NCBI GenBank assembly: GCA_036279355.1
Contig: DASUJH010000020.1
Location: 135,902-199,901 of the forward strand
Source of the DNA: Gemmatimonadales bacterium
GTDB lineage: Bacteria > Gemmatimonadota > Gemmatimonadetes > Gemmatimonadales > GWC2-71-9
Direction: 5' to 3'
Length of the DNA stretch: 64,000 bases
How positions within the stretch are numbered: the stretch's first letter is position 1; each line of letters begins with the position of its first letter. Positions 37,174 through 46,617 of the stretch are shown one piece after another. The notes beneath the pieces were generated by a model, which was not told the origin of the DNA, did no database searches, and was given only the letters and a program-made list of their open reading frames with translations. Both the position numbers and the translations under genes were made by a program.

Positions 37174-37191
37174 TTGTGAAATGTTTCACAA
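37174..37191. promoter_or_regulatory. Rex operator (perfect palindrome TTGTGAA-ATGT-TTCACAA)
   Basis: I read this directly, 10 nt upstream of the rex ATG. It matches the published Rex box consensus TTGTGAA-N4-TTCACAA at all 14 specified positions. Confidence 0.85.
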
Positions 37192-37193
37192 CG

Positions 37194-37997
37194 CTAGCCG
37201 CCTCGCCATCCTTCGTCAACGAGCGCCGCGTACAGCGCCGCGAATGCCGCCGGCGAAAGCGTCTCCGGGCGCAGCTCGGCGGCGATGCCGGCGCCCGCCA
37301 GAGATGCCGCGACGATTTCCGCTGACCAGCCCGTAAGCTCCCGCAGCCCCCGCACGAGCTGCTTCCGCCGGAGCCCGAACAGGCCGACCACGAGCCGGCG
37401 AAACGACGTGCGCGCCGAGTCGGCCACGAGCGGGAATGGGCGTGGGGTGAGCCGCACGAGCATCGAATCCACCTTGGGCCTCGGTGTGAACGCCCCCGCG
37501 GGCACGCGAAAGAGCAGCTCCACCGCGGCCACCGCCTGTACCCCCACGCTGAGCGCACCGTACGCGGCGCGCCCGGGCGCGGCCGCCACCCGCTCCGCGA
37601 CTTCGCGCTGCATGAGGTACACGGCGCGCGCGGGTCGCGGCGGTTCGAGCGCCTTTTCGATGAGCGGCGACGTGATGTTATAGGGGATGTTGCCGGCGAC
37701 GATCCACCGGCCCCCGTGCCCGGGTCCGGCGAGCGCATGCCAATCCGCAGTCAGCGCGTCGCCTTCCACCACGGCCACGTTCGGCCAGCGGCCCGCGAGC
37801 GCCTGAGCGAGTACCACGTCCCGCTCGATTGCCACCACCCGCCCCGCGCGCGCGGCGAGCTGGCCGGTGAGCCCACCCGGGCCCGGTCCGATCTCGAGCA
37901 CCGTGTCGGCCGGCGTGGCTTCGACCGCGTCGGCGATGCGGGCGAGAATCCGGGGATCGCTGAGAAAATGCTGGCCCAGCCGCTTTTTGGCGCGCAC
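37194..37997 (-). CDS. rsmA: 16S rRNA (adenine1518/1519-N6)-dimethyltransferase
   Basis: KKRLGQHFLSDPRILARIADAV and the SAM motif VLEIGPGPGGLT are present. I chose GTG 37997, 11 nt after the upstream stop. The track ORF start at 38039 would overlap the upstream gene by 32 nt. Confidence 0.9.
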   Translation of the reverse strand: MRAKKRLGQHFLSDPRILARIADAVEATPADTVLEIGPGPGGLTGQLAARAGRVVAIERDVVLAQALAGRWPNVAVVEGDALTADWHALAGPGHGGRWIVAGNIPYNITSPLIEKALEPPRPARAVYLMQREVAERVAAAPGRAAYGALSVGVQAVAAVELLFRVPAGAFTPRPKVDSMLVRLTPRPFPLVADSARTSFRRLVVGLFGLRRKQLVRGLRELTGWSAEIVAASLAGAGIAAELRPETLSPAAFAALYAALVDEGWRGG

Positions 37998-38007
37998 GCG
38001 GCGGCTG

Positions 38008-39513
38008 CTAGAGCCGGAGCAGGAGCAGCGTGCGATCATCCGCCGGTTTGGCGCAGAAGGCGTCGGCCTCGGCGTAGACGGCGTCGAGGATGCGCTCGAC
38101 CGGCTCGGCGCGGCGGGCGCTCACGAGATCCAGGAGCCGCCGCTCGCCGAACCGCTCGCCCTCCTCGTTTCGCGCGTCGACCAGGCCGTCGGTCCAGAGC
38201 ACGAGCAGGTCGTTCTCGTTGGACCAGGGGAGCTGCCGGCGCTGGATGTCGCTCGCCGCCGCGAGGCCAATGGGCGGCGCGGTCGCCGCCAGGCGTTCGG
38301 GCTGGCCGAAGCGCGGCACCCGGAAGGCGTACGGATGACCCGCGTTGGCGTACGTGAGCCGGCCGGTGAGCGGGTCGAGCACGCCGTAGAACACGGCCAC
38401 ATACATCTCGGTCGTGCGCAGCTCTGTGCCGAGGCTTTCGAGCAGCGCGCTCAGCGTCTCGTCCGGCGTGACGGAAGCCGCGACGTGAATGCCTGCCGCG
38501 GCGAGCACGAGCGCCATCACGAGCGCCGCGGAGAAGCCGTGCGACGCCACGTCGCCCAGCATCACGCCCACGCGGCCGCGGCCCAGACGCGTGAAGGTAT
38601 AAAAGTCGCCGCCCACCGAATCGGCCGGCACGCAGCGCGCGGCCACGTGGGCGTCACCCTGCAGTACCGACGGGTGCGGCAGCAGCTTGAGCTGGAGATC
38701 GTGCGCCAGCTCCAGCTCGTGGTGCAGCCGCTGCCGCGCGAGGTCGCGGGCGACGAGCCGCGCGTTTTCCACTGCCGCGCCGATCTGATTGGCAACCGCG
38801 CTCACGAGCTTGCGGTCGCCCACGGTGAAGCGGTCGCCCCCGACGCGGTCGGTAAGATTGATGACGCCGACGCACCGGACGCTCCCGCCCGGCGCCGCAT
38901 AGCTGATCGGCACGCTGAGATACGCATGGCCGCGGTACCCACGCCCGTCGGACGGCTGCTCCAGCTCGGCCGGCGTGGGATCGTGTGCCAGCACCCGGCC
39001 TTCGCGGAACACCCGCGCCGCGACCGACCCGGCATCGCCCAGCGGCACGGGCCGCATGCCCGCCGCGTCGAATCCGCGCGCCGCCACGGTGCGGAGAAGC
39101 CCTACGGCCTCGTCGTAGACCATGATCGACGCCCGCCGCGCGCCCACGACGGCGCTCACCTCGCGGACGATCGTCTGCGCGGCTTCCTCCAGCCGCGTGG
39201 TGCGGCCGAGAATTTCGCTGATGGCATAGAGGAGATCGATCTCTTCGTAGCGGCTCGCCAGCTCGTCCGCCAGGAATGCCCGCTGGCGCTCCGCATCGAT
39301 AAGCGCGGCGATGATCGGCCCGAGGCGTGCGGCCGCTTCATGGTCCACGCTGAGCTCGAGCCAGTAGCCGGGCGCCTCGGGCACGGCCTCGAGCCGCACC
39401 GGGCCCGCCGGTGTCGAGAACGTACCGGCCGTGGGCGGCATCGGCGGCGTCCAGCCCGACGCCGGGCCGCCCGCGAGCGCGAGCCCACGCCCATCGAAGC
39501 GCCACAGGCGCAC
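38008..39513 (-). CDS. GAF domain-containing PP2C/SpoIIE-family protein phosphatase (RsbU-like)
   Basis: The central GAF-like region reads EEAAQTIVREVSAVVGARRASIMVYDE...VGVINLTDR. The PP2C motifs are SVGGDFYTF, GDVASHGFSAAL and WTDGLVDARN. Confidence 0.85.
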   Translation of the reverse strand: MRLWRFDGRGLALAGGPASGWTPPMPPTAGTFSTPAGPVRLEAVPEAPGYWLELSVDHEAAARLGPIIAALIDAERQRAFLADELASRYEEIDLLYAISEILGRTTRLEEAAQTIVREVSAVVGARRASIMVYDEAVGLLRTVAARGFDAAGMRPVPLGDAGSVAARVFREGRVLAHDPTPAELEQPSDGRGYRGHAYLSVPISYAAPGGSVRCVGVINLTDRVGGDRFTVGDRKLVSAVANQIGAAVENARLVARDLARQRLHHELELAHDLQLKLLPHPSVLQGDAHVAARCVPADSVGGDFYTFTRLGRGRVGVMLGDVASHGFSAALVMALVLAAAGIHVAASVTPDETLSALLESLGTELRTTEMYVAVFYGVLDPLTGRLTYANAGHPYAFRVPRFGQPERLAATAPPIGLAAASDIQRRQLPWSNENDLLVLWTDGLVDARNEEGERFGERRLLDLVSARRAEPVERILDAVYAEADAFCAKPADDRTLLLLRL

Positions 39514-39563
39514 CCGTCCCCCGACGAGCGCGCCCAGACGATCGAGGATGTCGTCGAGCCGCG

Positions 39564-40028
39564 CTACCGGCGGCGCAGCGTCATGCAGATGGAGTTTCCT
39601 TGCTCGTTGAAGGCGAGCTCATCGACGAGCTTTCGGATGAGAAAGAGACCCCGCCCACAGGTGTCGAATACCTGCTCCGGCCGAGTCGGCTCGGGGACCT
39701 GCGCGGGATCGAAGCCCTCGCCTTCGTCGGTGACCGTCACCCGGATGATCCCTGGCGACAGCTCGGCTTCGACATCGACCCACTTGGCGGGATCCTGCCC
39801 GTTGCCGCAGATCACGGCGTTGGCGAGCGCTTCGGCCAGCACCACCTGCAGCCGGAAGCGCAGCCGGTCGCTCGCCGGCGTGCCCGAGAGGCAGTGGCGC
39901 GTCACGAGGCTCACCGCCTGCTCGATGCACGCCACGTCGCTCGGCACCCGAAGCCGGATGCTGGCGCCGAACGCGCCGATGTCGGGCGATGGCGACCGGC
40001 GAACGCAGAGCTGCAGAGGAGCGGCCAT
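39564..40028 (-). CDS. Anti-sigma regulatory factor-type Ser/Thr kinase (RsbW/SpoIIAB-like HATPase)
   Basis: The N-box is EALANAVICGN, the G1 box is VTDEGEGFD and the G2 box is GRGLFLIRKL. The protein is 154 aa. Confidence 0.82.
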   Translation of the reverse strand: MAAPLQLCVRRSPSPDIGAFGASIRLRVPSDVACIEQAVSLVTRHCLSGTPASDRLRFRLQVVLAEALANAVICGNGQDPAKWVDVEAELSPGIIRVTVTDEGEGFDPAQVPEPTRPEQVFDTCGRGLFLIRKLVDELAFNEQGNSICMTLRRR

Positions 40029-40038
40029 CGACGGCCCC

Positions 40039-40374
40039 TCAGAATCCCGCCAACGCCTGGTCGGGCGTGTCGGCGATGGCGAAGAGCGTGTCGAGCTTGG
40101 TCAGCTCGAAGAGGGAGCGCAGGTCCTCGTTGAGCCCCGACAACCTGAGCTCGCCGCCCAGCTCACGGGCCCGCTTGGATAACGACACCAGGGCGCCCAG
40201 GCCCGAAGAGTCGATGTAGCCCGCACCGCTGAAATCGAGCAGAAACTTGCGGGCGCCTTCGTCCAGCGCGTGGTTCACCAGGTCCTTGAGCTCCTGGCGG
40301 TTGCTCACGACGAGCTGGCCCTCGATGCGAATGACGGTCACCCCGTTCGGGCCTTCAGACTCGGCAACGCTCAT
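40039..40374 (-). CDS. STAS-domain anti-sigma-factor antagonist (RsbV/SpoIIAA-like)
   Basis: This 111-aa protein carries the phosphorylatable-Ser motif YIDSSGLGALV and the typical RLSGLNEDLRSLFELTKLDTLF C-terminus. Confidence 0.88.
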   Translation of the reverse strand: MSVAESEGPNGVTVIRIEGQLVVSNRQELKDLVNHALDEGARKFLLDFSGAGYIDSSGLGALVSLSKRARELGGELRLSGLNEDLRSLFELTKLDTLFAIADTPDQALAGF

Positions 40375-40385
40375 GCGCCTCTCCG

Positions 40386-41318
40386 TCAGGTCGGGGTCGG
40401 TTCCCGCTGCAGCGCGACCATCGCCGCTACTTCGACAATATCATCGGTGCTCGCCCCGCGGGAGAGGTCGGCCATGGGCCGGCCGAGCCCCTGGAGGATG
40501 GGACCGAGGGCGACGGCGCCGGCGAGCTGCTGCACCAGCTTGTAGGCGATGTTGCCGGCATCGAGATCGGGGAACACCAGCACGTTGGCCCGGCCGGCGA
40601 GCGGCGAGCCCGGCGCCTTGCGCTGGGCAATCTCGGCCACGAGCGCCGCGTCGCCCTGCAGCTCGCCGTCGGCGAGTATTCCGGGCGCCACCGTGCGGAG
40701 CCGGGCCGCCGCCTCGCGTACCCGGTCCACGCGCGGCCCGGCAGCGCTGCCCTTGGTGCTGTAGGAGAGAAAGGCGACCCGTGCCGCATCGCCCACGAGC
40801 CGCGGCCGGTCGCGCGCCGCCGCGAGCGCGATCTCGGCCAGCTCGGCGGACGTGGGCTCGGGCACGACGGCGCAGTCGCAGAACGTGAGCACCCGATCGT
40901 CGGGCAGCACCATGTAGAACGACGAGCTCGCGATGCTCACGCCCGGCGCCGTACCGAGGGCCCAGAGAGCGGCGCGGATCACCGCCGCGGTGGGCGCCAC
41001 CGCGCCGGCCACGCAGCCGTCCGCTTCGCCCAGCGCCACGAGACCCGCCGCGAAGTTGAGCGGCTCGGCGGCCAGCTCGAGCGCGTGCACGCCGTCGCGC
41101 ACGCGGTCGGGGCGGCGGCTGCGGAGATGGGTGGCAACGCGGGAGAGACGCGGGTCGTTGGCGGGATTGACATCCGCGCCGACGAGCACGGGTACGGCGA
41201 TAGCCTCGGCGCGCATCCGCTCCGCGGCGCGCTGCACCCGCGGGTCGTCGCCTTCGGGGAGCACGAGGCGCACGCCCATACCGGCGGCGCGCCGCAGCAG
41301 CTCGCCGCGAAAGCTCAC
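40386..41318 (-). CDS. pta: Phosphate acetyltransferase / phosphate acyltransferase family (short form)
   Basis: [33 protein letters not shown] and [17 protein letters not shown] blocks are present. The GTG start overlaps the coaD stop as GTGA. Confidence 0.82.
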   Translation of the reverse strand: MSFRGELLRRAAGMGVRLVLPEGDDPRVQRAAERMRAEAIAVPVLVGADVNPANDPRLSRVATHLRSRRPDRVRDGVHALELAAEPLNFAAGLVALGEADGCVAGAVAPTAAVIRAALWALGTAPGVSIASSSFYMVLPDDRVLTFCDCAVVPEPTSAELAEIALAAARDRPRLVGDAARVAFLSYSTKGSAAGPRVDRVREAAARLRTVAPGILADGELQGDAALVAEIAQRKAPGSPLAGRANVLVFPDLDAGNIAYKLVQQLAGAVALGPILQGLGRPMADLSRGASTDDIVEVAAMVALQREPTPT

Positions 41319-41845
41319 CGGGCCGCCGCTTCCCTGGCGGGGCCGCCGCCCGGCTCACCCGCGTCGCGCGCGAATCTGCGTGCGAGCGCCGCCGCCACCG
41401 CGGGATGCACCAGCCCGCTCACATCTCCGCCGAACCGCGCCACCTCACGCACGAGGCTCGAGCTCAGATAGGTGAGATCCACCGCGGGCACCAGGAACAC
41501 CGTCTCCAGTGACGGGTGAAGCTGCCGGTTCATCAGCGCCATCTGAAACTCGTACTCGAAGTCGCTCACGGCGCGCAGTCCCCGCACCACCATGGTGGCG
41601 CCGACCCGTCTTGCATAATCGGCCAGCAAACCGTCGAAGGCCTCGAAGCTCACCCGCGGGTCGCCGCCGCACGCCTCGCGCAGGAGCTGGAGCCGTTCGG
41701 CCACGCTGAAGAGCGGCTGCTTGGCGCCGTTCACTGCGACAGCCACGATGAGCCGGTCGCAGAGCGCGAGGCTCCGCCGCACGAGATCCTCGTGCCCGCG
41801 CGTCGGAGGGTCGAACGACCCCGGATAGACCGCGATGCGTGTCAT
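41315..41845 (-). CDS. coaD: Pantetheine-phosphate adenylyltransferase
   Basis: The protein reads [25 protein letters not shown]...[21 protein letters not shown]. Confidence 0.95.
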   Translation of the reverse strand: MTRIAVYPGSFDPPTRGHEDLVRRSLALCDRLIVAVAVNGAKQPLFSVAERLQLLREACGGDPRVSFEAFDGLLADYARRVGATMVVRGLRAVSDFEYEFQMALMNRQLHPSLETVFLVPAVDLTYLSSSLVREVARFGGDVSGLVHPAVAAALARRFARDAGEPGGGPAREAAAR

Positions 41846-42357
41846 GTGCCGAAGCAGAAGGTGAGAGCGGTGTCGCCGTAGCGGCGGGTGTCATCGCCGG
41901 CGAGCGGCGCGTCGGCCGAGTGCTCGATGGAAAGGATGCGCGCGAACGGGGTCCGCCGGAAGAGTGCGACCAGCCGCTCGGCCAGATCGCCGGCGTATGG
42001 CGGGTCGGCAAACACCATGTCGTACGCGCCGGGCGCAAGGCGAGAGACAAAGCGCAGCGCGTCGCCTCGGCGGATCGTGGCGGCGGATTCAAGCCCGAGC
42101 GCAGCGACGTTGGCCCGGAGTGCCGCGAGCGAGGTCGGCGCCAGCTCGACGAAGTCCGCCGACGCCGCGCCGCGCGAGAGCGCCTCGAGACCGAGCGCGC
42201 CGCTTCCGGCAAAGAGATCGGCCACCCGCGCGCCGGGGAGCGCCGGCGCCACGATGCTCATCCACGCTTCGCGCACCCGATCGGCGGTGGGCCGCACCCG
42301 CGCATCGTTCGGCATCACGAGCCGCCGGCCGCGCAAGCTGCCGCCGACGATGCGCAC
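41842..42357 (-). CDS. rsmD: 16S rRNA (guanine966-N2)-methyltransferase
   Basis: From GTG 42357 the protein reads VRIVGGSLRGRRL...RVREAWMSIV...DLFAGSGALGLEALSRGA...FADPPY. Confidence 0.88.
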   Translation of the reverse strand: MRIVGGSLRGRRLVMPNDARVRPTADRVREAWMSIVAPALPGARVADLFAGSGALGLEALSRGAASADFVELAPTSLAALRANVAALGLESAATIRRGDALRFVSRLAPGAYDMVFADPPYAGDLAERLVALFRRTPFARILSIEHSADAPLAGDDTRRYGDTALTFCFGT

Positions 42358-42358
42358 C

Positions 42359-44080
42359 TCACCCGGCGCGGTGCGGGGCGAGCGCGCAGATCCGCGCCTG
42401 CAGCGTGGTACGCCCCTGCCACTCGTTGGTTTCGAGCCGGAATGCGACGTCCACCGGCCCATCGCCGAGCCCGGCCGCGCGGTCGGCCCAATGGAAGCCG
42501 ATCGCGGGAAGCTCCGCGTCGCCCGACTGGAGCACGCCCTTGAGATGTCCATTGCCGACCAGGGTTCGGCGGACGAATCGCACGCCGCGCACGCCGTATA
42601 CCGGCGCCGGATTCCCCGCGCCGCACGGCTCGAGGTAGCGCGCGAGATGCTCCAGCTCCCGCGTCGCCTCGGCCGGCTCGATCTCGAGATCGACCCGCTG
42701 CTCGGGCACGAGATCGTCCGGGCCGAGCGCGGCGCGCGCCGCCTCCGCGAAGCGCGTGCGGAAAGCGTCGAGCTGCGCGCGGCGGATGGTCACGCCGGCC
42801 GCCATCTGGTGGCCGCCGTAGCGCTCGAGCAGATCGCCGCAGGCGGTGAGCGCGGCGTGCAGGTCGAAGCGCGAGATGCTCCGCCCGGAGCCCTTGCCAA
42901 TGTCGCCGTCGAATGCGATGAGCAGCGTCGGCCGGCCGAAGCGTTCCACCACGCGCGAGGCGACGATGCCCACGACGCCCGGGTGCCACCCGTCGCCGTG
43001 GAGCACGAGGCCGGACTCGAGTCCGGCGTCGACGCGATCCTCGACCTGCTTCAACGCCTCGTCGAGCGTGCGCTGGTCGAGCTGCTGGCGTTCGGCGTTG
43101 AGCGCCTCGAGCCGGTGCGCGAGCAGAGCGGCTTCCGCCGGATCATCGGTGAGCAGGAGCCGCAGGCCGTCCACCGCGTCGCCGATGCGGCCGGCCGCGT
43201 TGAGCCGGGGTCCGAGGATGTAGCCCAGATGCCCCGTGCGGATCGGCTTGCCGGCGAGCCCGCTCGCGGCAATCAGCGCGCGGACGCCGGGCCAGCGGCT
43301 CTCGGCGAGCAGCTTGAGCCCGTGCTTCACGAGGATCCGGTTCTCCCCCACGAGCGGCACCACGTCCGCGACGGTGGCGAGCGCCACGAGGTCGAGCAGG
43401 TGAAGCGGCAGCGCGGGCGGGAGCCCGAGTGCAGGGGTGAGCGCCTGCGCGAGCTTGAACGCGAGTCCGGTGCCGCAGAGCATCGCGAGCCCGGAGGTGT
43501 CGTCGGCGCGCTGCGGATCGACCACGGCGTCCGCCGGCGGGAGCACGGCGCCCGGAAGATGGTGATCGGTGACGACCACGCGAAGGCCGGCCGCGCGGGC
43601 GGCCGCCACCGTATCCACCGCCGTGATGCCGCAGTCGCACGTGATGACGAGGCCGGCGCCCCGTGCGGCCGCTTCCACCAGCCCCGCGGGTCCGAAGTCG
43701 TAGCCGTCACGCAGCCGGTGGGGGACGAACGCGCTCGCGTCGGCGCCGGCGGCGCGGAGCACCCGCGTGAGGAGCGCGGCGGCACACTGACCGTCGACGT
43801 CGTAGTCGCCGTGGACCAGGATCGGTACTCGGCTCCGCACGGCGTCGCGAATGACCACCACCGCGCGAGCCATGTCGGTGAGCGCGAGCGGATCCGCCAG
43901 ATCCGTGAGCCGCGGCCGGAGAAAGCGTCGCGCGGCGTCCGGCGTGCCGTACCCGCGCTGCACCAGGATCGCCGCGAGCGGCAGGGGCAGCGACAGTTCG
44001 GCGGCGAGCACGCGCATCAGGCCGGGGTCGGGCGGCGGCACCACCACCCATCGAAGCGGATGCGCCGCCAGCACGCTCAC
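42359..44080 (-). CDS. recJ: Single-stranded-DNA-specific exonuclease RecJ
   Basis: ILVHGDYDVDGQCAAALL and ITCDCGITA are the DHH motifs, and the GGHQMAAG block is present. I chose GTG 44080 because it overlaps the upstream stop as GTGA. The track ORF starts at 44119. Confidence 0.9.
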   Translation of the reverse strand: MSVLAAHPLRWVVVPPPDPGLMRVLAAELSLPLPLAAILVQRGYGTPDAARRFLRPRLTDLADPLALTDMARAVVVIRDAVRSRVPILVHGDYDVDGQCAAALLTRVLRAAGADASAFVPHRLRDGYDFGPAGLVEAAARGAGLVITCDCGITAVDTVAAARAAGLRVVVTDHHLPGAVLPPADAVVDPQRADDTSGLAMLCGTGLAFKLAQALTPALGLPPALPLHLLDLVALATVADVVPLVGENRILVKHGLKLLAESRWPGVRALIAASGLAGKPIRTGHLGYILGPRLNAAGRIGDAVDGLRLLLTDDPAEAALLAHRLEALNAERQQLDQRTLDEALKQVEDRVDAGLESGLVLHGDGWHPGVVGIVASRVVERFGRPTLLIAFDGDIGKGSGRSISRFDLHAALTACGDLLERYGGHQMAAGVTIRRAQLDAFRTRFAEAARAALGPDDLVPEQRVDLEIEPAEATRELEHLARYLEPCGAGNPAPVYGVRGVRFVRRTLVGNGHLKGVLQSGDAELPAIGFHWADRAAGLGDGPVDVAFRLETNEWQGRTTLQARICALAPHRAG

Positions 44081-44784
44081 GGCTCGGCCGCGTAAAGGAT
44101 GACGCCGCAGGCCTCGCACGCTTCGAGCAACACGCCCGACCGGATCTGGCTCCGGCGGTTGCGCGGCACCGCCGTAAAGCAGGCGCCGCAGGCATCCCCG
44201 TTGAGCGGCACCACCACCGCGCTCGTGCGCGCCCGGCGCAGCCTGTCGTATTGGGTGCGAAGCGGCCGCTCGATCAGGCTGGCGCTCGCCTCGCGCTCGC
44301 CCTGCATGGCCGCGCGCTCCCGCTCCACGTCGCTCCGCCGGGCGGCAATGGCGGCGCGCGCGGGCACCTGTTCCTGTTCGAGCCGCACGGCCTTCTCCTG
44401 CTGTTCGACCACCTGCGCCTCGAGGGCGGTAACGGTATCGGCCGAGCGAACCCAGTCACCTTCCTCCTTCACCAGCACCGAGCGACCCAGTTCCATCTCC
44501 GCCATCAAGGTGGATGCGTCCTTCGGGTTGCGCACGAACTCGAGGCGCTGGCGCCGCCGTTCCTGCAGGGTGCGGAAGCTCTCGATCTTCGATTCCAGCT
44601 CGTCGCGCCGGCGGCGGCCCTCGTCGGCGGCGCGGCACGCGGCGTCGATCGCCTCGTGGGCGCGCTGGCGGTCGCGGTCGAGCGCACGCGCCTCGTCATC
44701 GATCGCCGCGAGGCGCCGGTCGACTTCGGCAATGGCGGAGTCTTTCGCTTGCAGGTCGAGCAGCTTGGACAGGTCGGGATGCAT
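44077..44784 (-). CDS. Coiled-coil protein with a C-terminal C4 zinc ribbon (COG1579/DUF164-like)
   Basis: A long coiled coil, MHPDLSKLLDLQAKDSAIAEVDRRL..., is followed by a C-terminal CGACFTAVPRNRRSQIRSGVLLEACEACGVILY. Confidence 0.75.
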   Translation of the reverse strand: MHPDLSKLLDLQAKDSAIAEVDRRLAAIDDEARALDRDRQRAHEAIDAACRAADEGRRRRDELESKIESFRTLQERRRQRLEFVRNPKDASTLMAEMELGRSVLVKEEGDWVRSADTVTALEAQVVEQQEKAVRLEQEQVPARAAIAARRSDVERERAAMQGEREASASLIERPLRTQYDRLRRARTSAVVVPLNGDACGACFTAVPRNRRSQIRSGVLLEACEACGVILYAAEP

Positions 44785-44811
44785 GAATCTCCTTGCAGAG
44801 CGTAAGCGTGA

Positions 44812-46617
44812 TCAGCGCCGCCGCTGGCGCGCCGCACGAACGTACTGACGCTTGGGTGTGAACTCCGGGTAACGCCGATCCAGCTCGTCAAGCCGCCGCT
44901 GCTTCTCGCCCGGGTCAGTGAGCTTCGCGATCTCTCGATATTCAGGCCGGGCAGCGAGCGTCTGATGTGCGCGCACGTAGGCCGGGTCCAGGTCGTCCTC
45001 GCCGAGTTGCACCGCCAATTTTCGCAGCTCGCTCCAAAGCGCCTCCACCGGCGCGGAAAGGTCCTCCGGCATCTGATCGGCGGCCCCGGCCATATGGCAA
45101 AGTGTCTCGAACAGTTCGCGATGCTCCGGCAGCTCGAACAGCTCGGGCGCCACTTCCACACGAGCGCGTTCGCGCCATTCCGCCGAAGCGACGAGCACCT
45201 GGAGAAGTTGCCGCTCCGCTGACGCGCCGAACATCCGTGCTCCGCCTGGCCGCGCTGAAAATGGCGCCCCGCGCATCGATGCGTCGCGCGGTGCAGCATC
45301 GCGCGGCCAGCCGCCGGGCGCTCCAGGCGCCGCGGCCCGGGGAGGCGCCGCCTTTGCTTCGGCGGCGATTACCTCGCGCGGCACGCCGACCCGCTCAGCA
45401 GCTCGGCTCGTATACAACTCGCGCGTCACCGGATCGGCCGCCGCACGGATGGTCGGGAGCAATCGGTCGAGCGCATCGCGCCGGTGCTCCACCCCCTCGA
45501 ACCATCCTCGCCGCTCAAGCAACTGCACCTTGCGCTCCAGCACATCGATTGCATCGGCCAGAACGGGCTCCAGCGCCTCCGCCCCCCCTGCGCGCACCAG
45601 CGAATCGGGATCTTCGCCCGGCGGCAGCGTCGCCACGCGCACGCGGACACCGTGGCGCAGAAGCTCGTCGCCCGCGCGGAACGTGGCGCGGAGGCCGGCG
45701 CTGTCGCTGTCGTACAGCAGCACGACCGCGGGTGCCACCCGCCGGGCAAGCGCCGCCTGCTCCGGGGTGAGCCCGGTGCCGAGCGGGGCGACGACGTGCG
45801 CGATGCCGGCGAGCGCGAGGCGCAGCACGTCGAAGTAGCCCTCGACCAGCACCAGCGCATCCTCGCGCCGGGCCGCGCCGCGCGCGTCGTGGAGATTGTA
45901 CAGGAGCCCGCCCTTATGGAAAAGGGCGCTCTCGGGCGAGTTCAGATATTTCGGCTCGCCCAACCCGAGCAGGCGGCCGCCGAATCCGACGACGCGTCCG
46001 CGCAAGTCGTGGATCGGAAAGAGGAGCCGGCCCCGAAATCGCGGCACGAAGCTGCCGTCCTCGCGCGCGAAGACGAGGCCGCTCTCGATCAGCACCGCGG
46101 GCGAAAGTCCGAGCGCCTGCATCGCCCCGAGAAACGCACTGCTCTTCGGCGCCCAACCGAGGCCGTGCTGGGCCGCGTCGTCGAGCGTCACCTCGCGGCT
46201 CGCGAGATAGTCGCGGGCCGGCTTGCCGCCCGCCGCGTCGGCTAGTTGGCGGGTGAACCAGTCGTGCGCGGCGGCCACGGCACCGAACAGCGGCTCGCGC
46301 GGATCGGGGCCTCCGCGCCCCTGCTCCGGGATCGCGATGCCGCTCCGCCGCGCCACCTCGCGCACGGCGGTCGGATAGTCCATGCCGAATTTCTTCATGA
46401 AGAAGGAGAACACGTCACCGGCGGCGTGGCACACATAGCAGTAATACAGCCCCTTCTTCGGGACCACGGCGAAATTCCGATGGGTGCCGCCGTGGAAAGG
46501 GCACGCTCCCCGGTAGTCGGAGCCGGAGCGCTTGAGCTCCACCGACTCCCCGACGATGCCGACGAGATCCGCAGCATCGCGCACCTGCTCGATGATCTCG
46601 TCCGGAATCGCGCTCAC
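44812..46617 (-). CDS. dnaG: DNA primase
   Basis: The zinc finger reads RGACPFHGGTHRNFAVVPKKGLYYCYVCHAAGDVFSF. The TOPRIM block is LVLVEGYFDV...LYDSDSAG. The GTG start overlaps the mutS2 stop as GTGA. Confidence 0.93.
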   Translation of the reverse strand: MSAIPDEIIEQVRDAADLVGIVGESVELKRSGSDYRGACPFHGGTHRNFAVVPKKGLYYCYVCHAAGDVFSFFMKKFGMDYPTAVREVARRSGIAIPEQGRGGPDPREPLFGAVAAAHDWFTRQLADAAGGKPARDYLASREVTLDDAAQHGLGWAPKSSAFLGAMQALGLSPAVLIESGLVFAREDGSFVPRFRGRLLFPIHDLRGRVVGFGGRLLGLGEPKYLNSPESALFHKGGLLYNLHDARGAARREDALVLVEGYFDVLRLALAGIAHVVAPLGTGLTPEQAALARRVAPAVVLLYDSDSAGLRATFRAGDELLRHGVRVRVATLPPGEDPDSLVRAGGAEALEPVLADAIDVLERKVQLLERRGWFEGVEHRRDALDRLLPTIRAAADPVTRELYTSRAAERVGVPREVIAAEAKAAPPRAAAPGAPGGWPRDAAPRDASMRGAPFSARPGGARMFGASAERQLLQVLVASAEWRERARVEVAPELFELPEHRELFETLCHMAGAADQMPEDLSAPVEALWSELRKLAVQLGEDDLDPAYVRAHQTLAARPEYREIAKLTDPGEKQRRLDELDRRYPEFTPKRQYVRAARQRRR

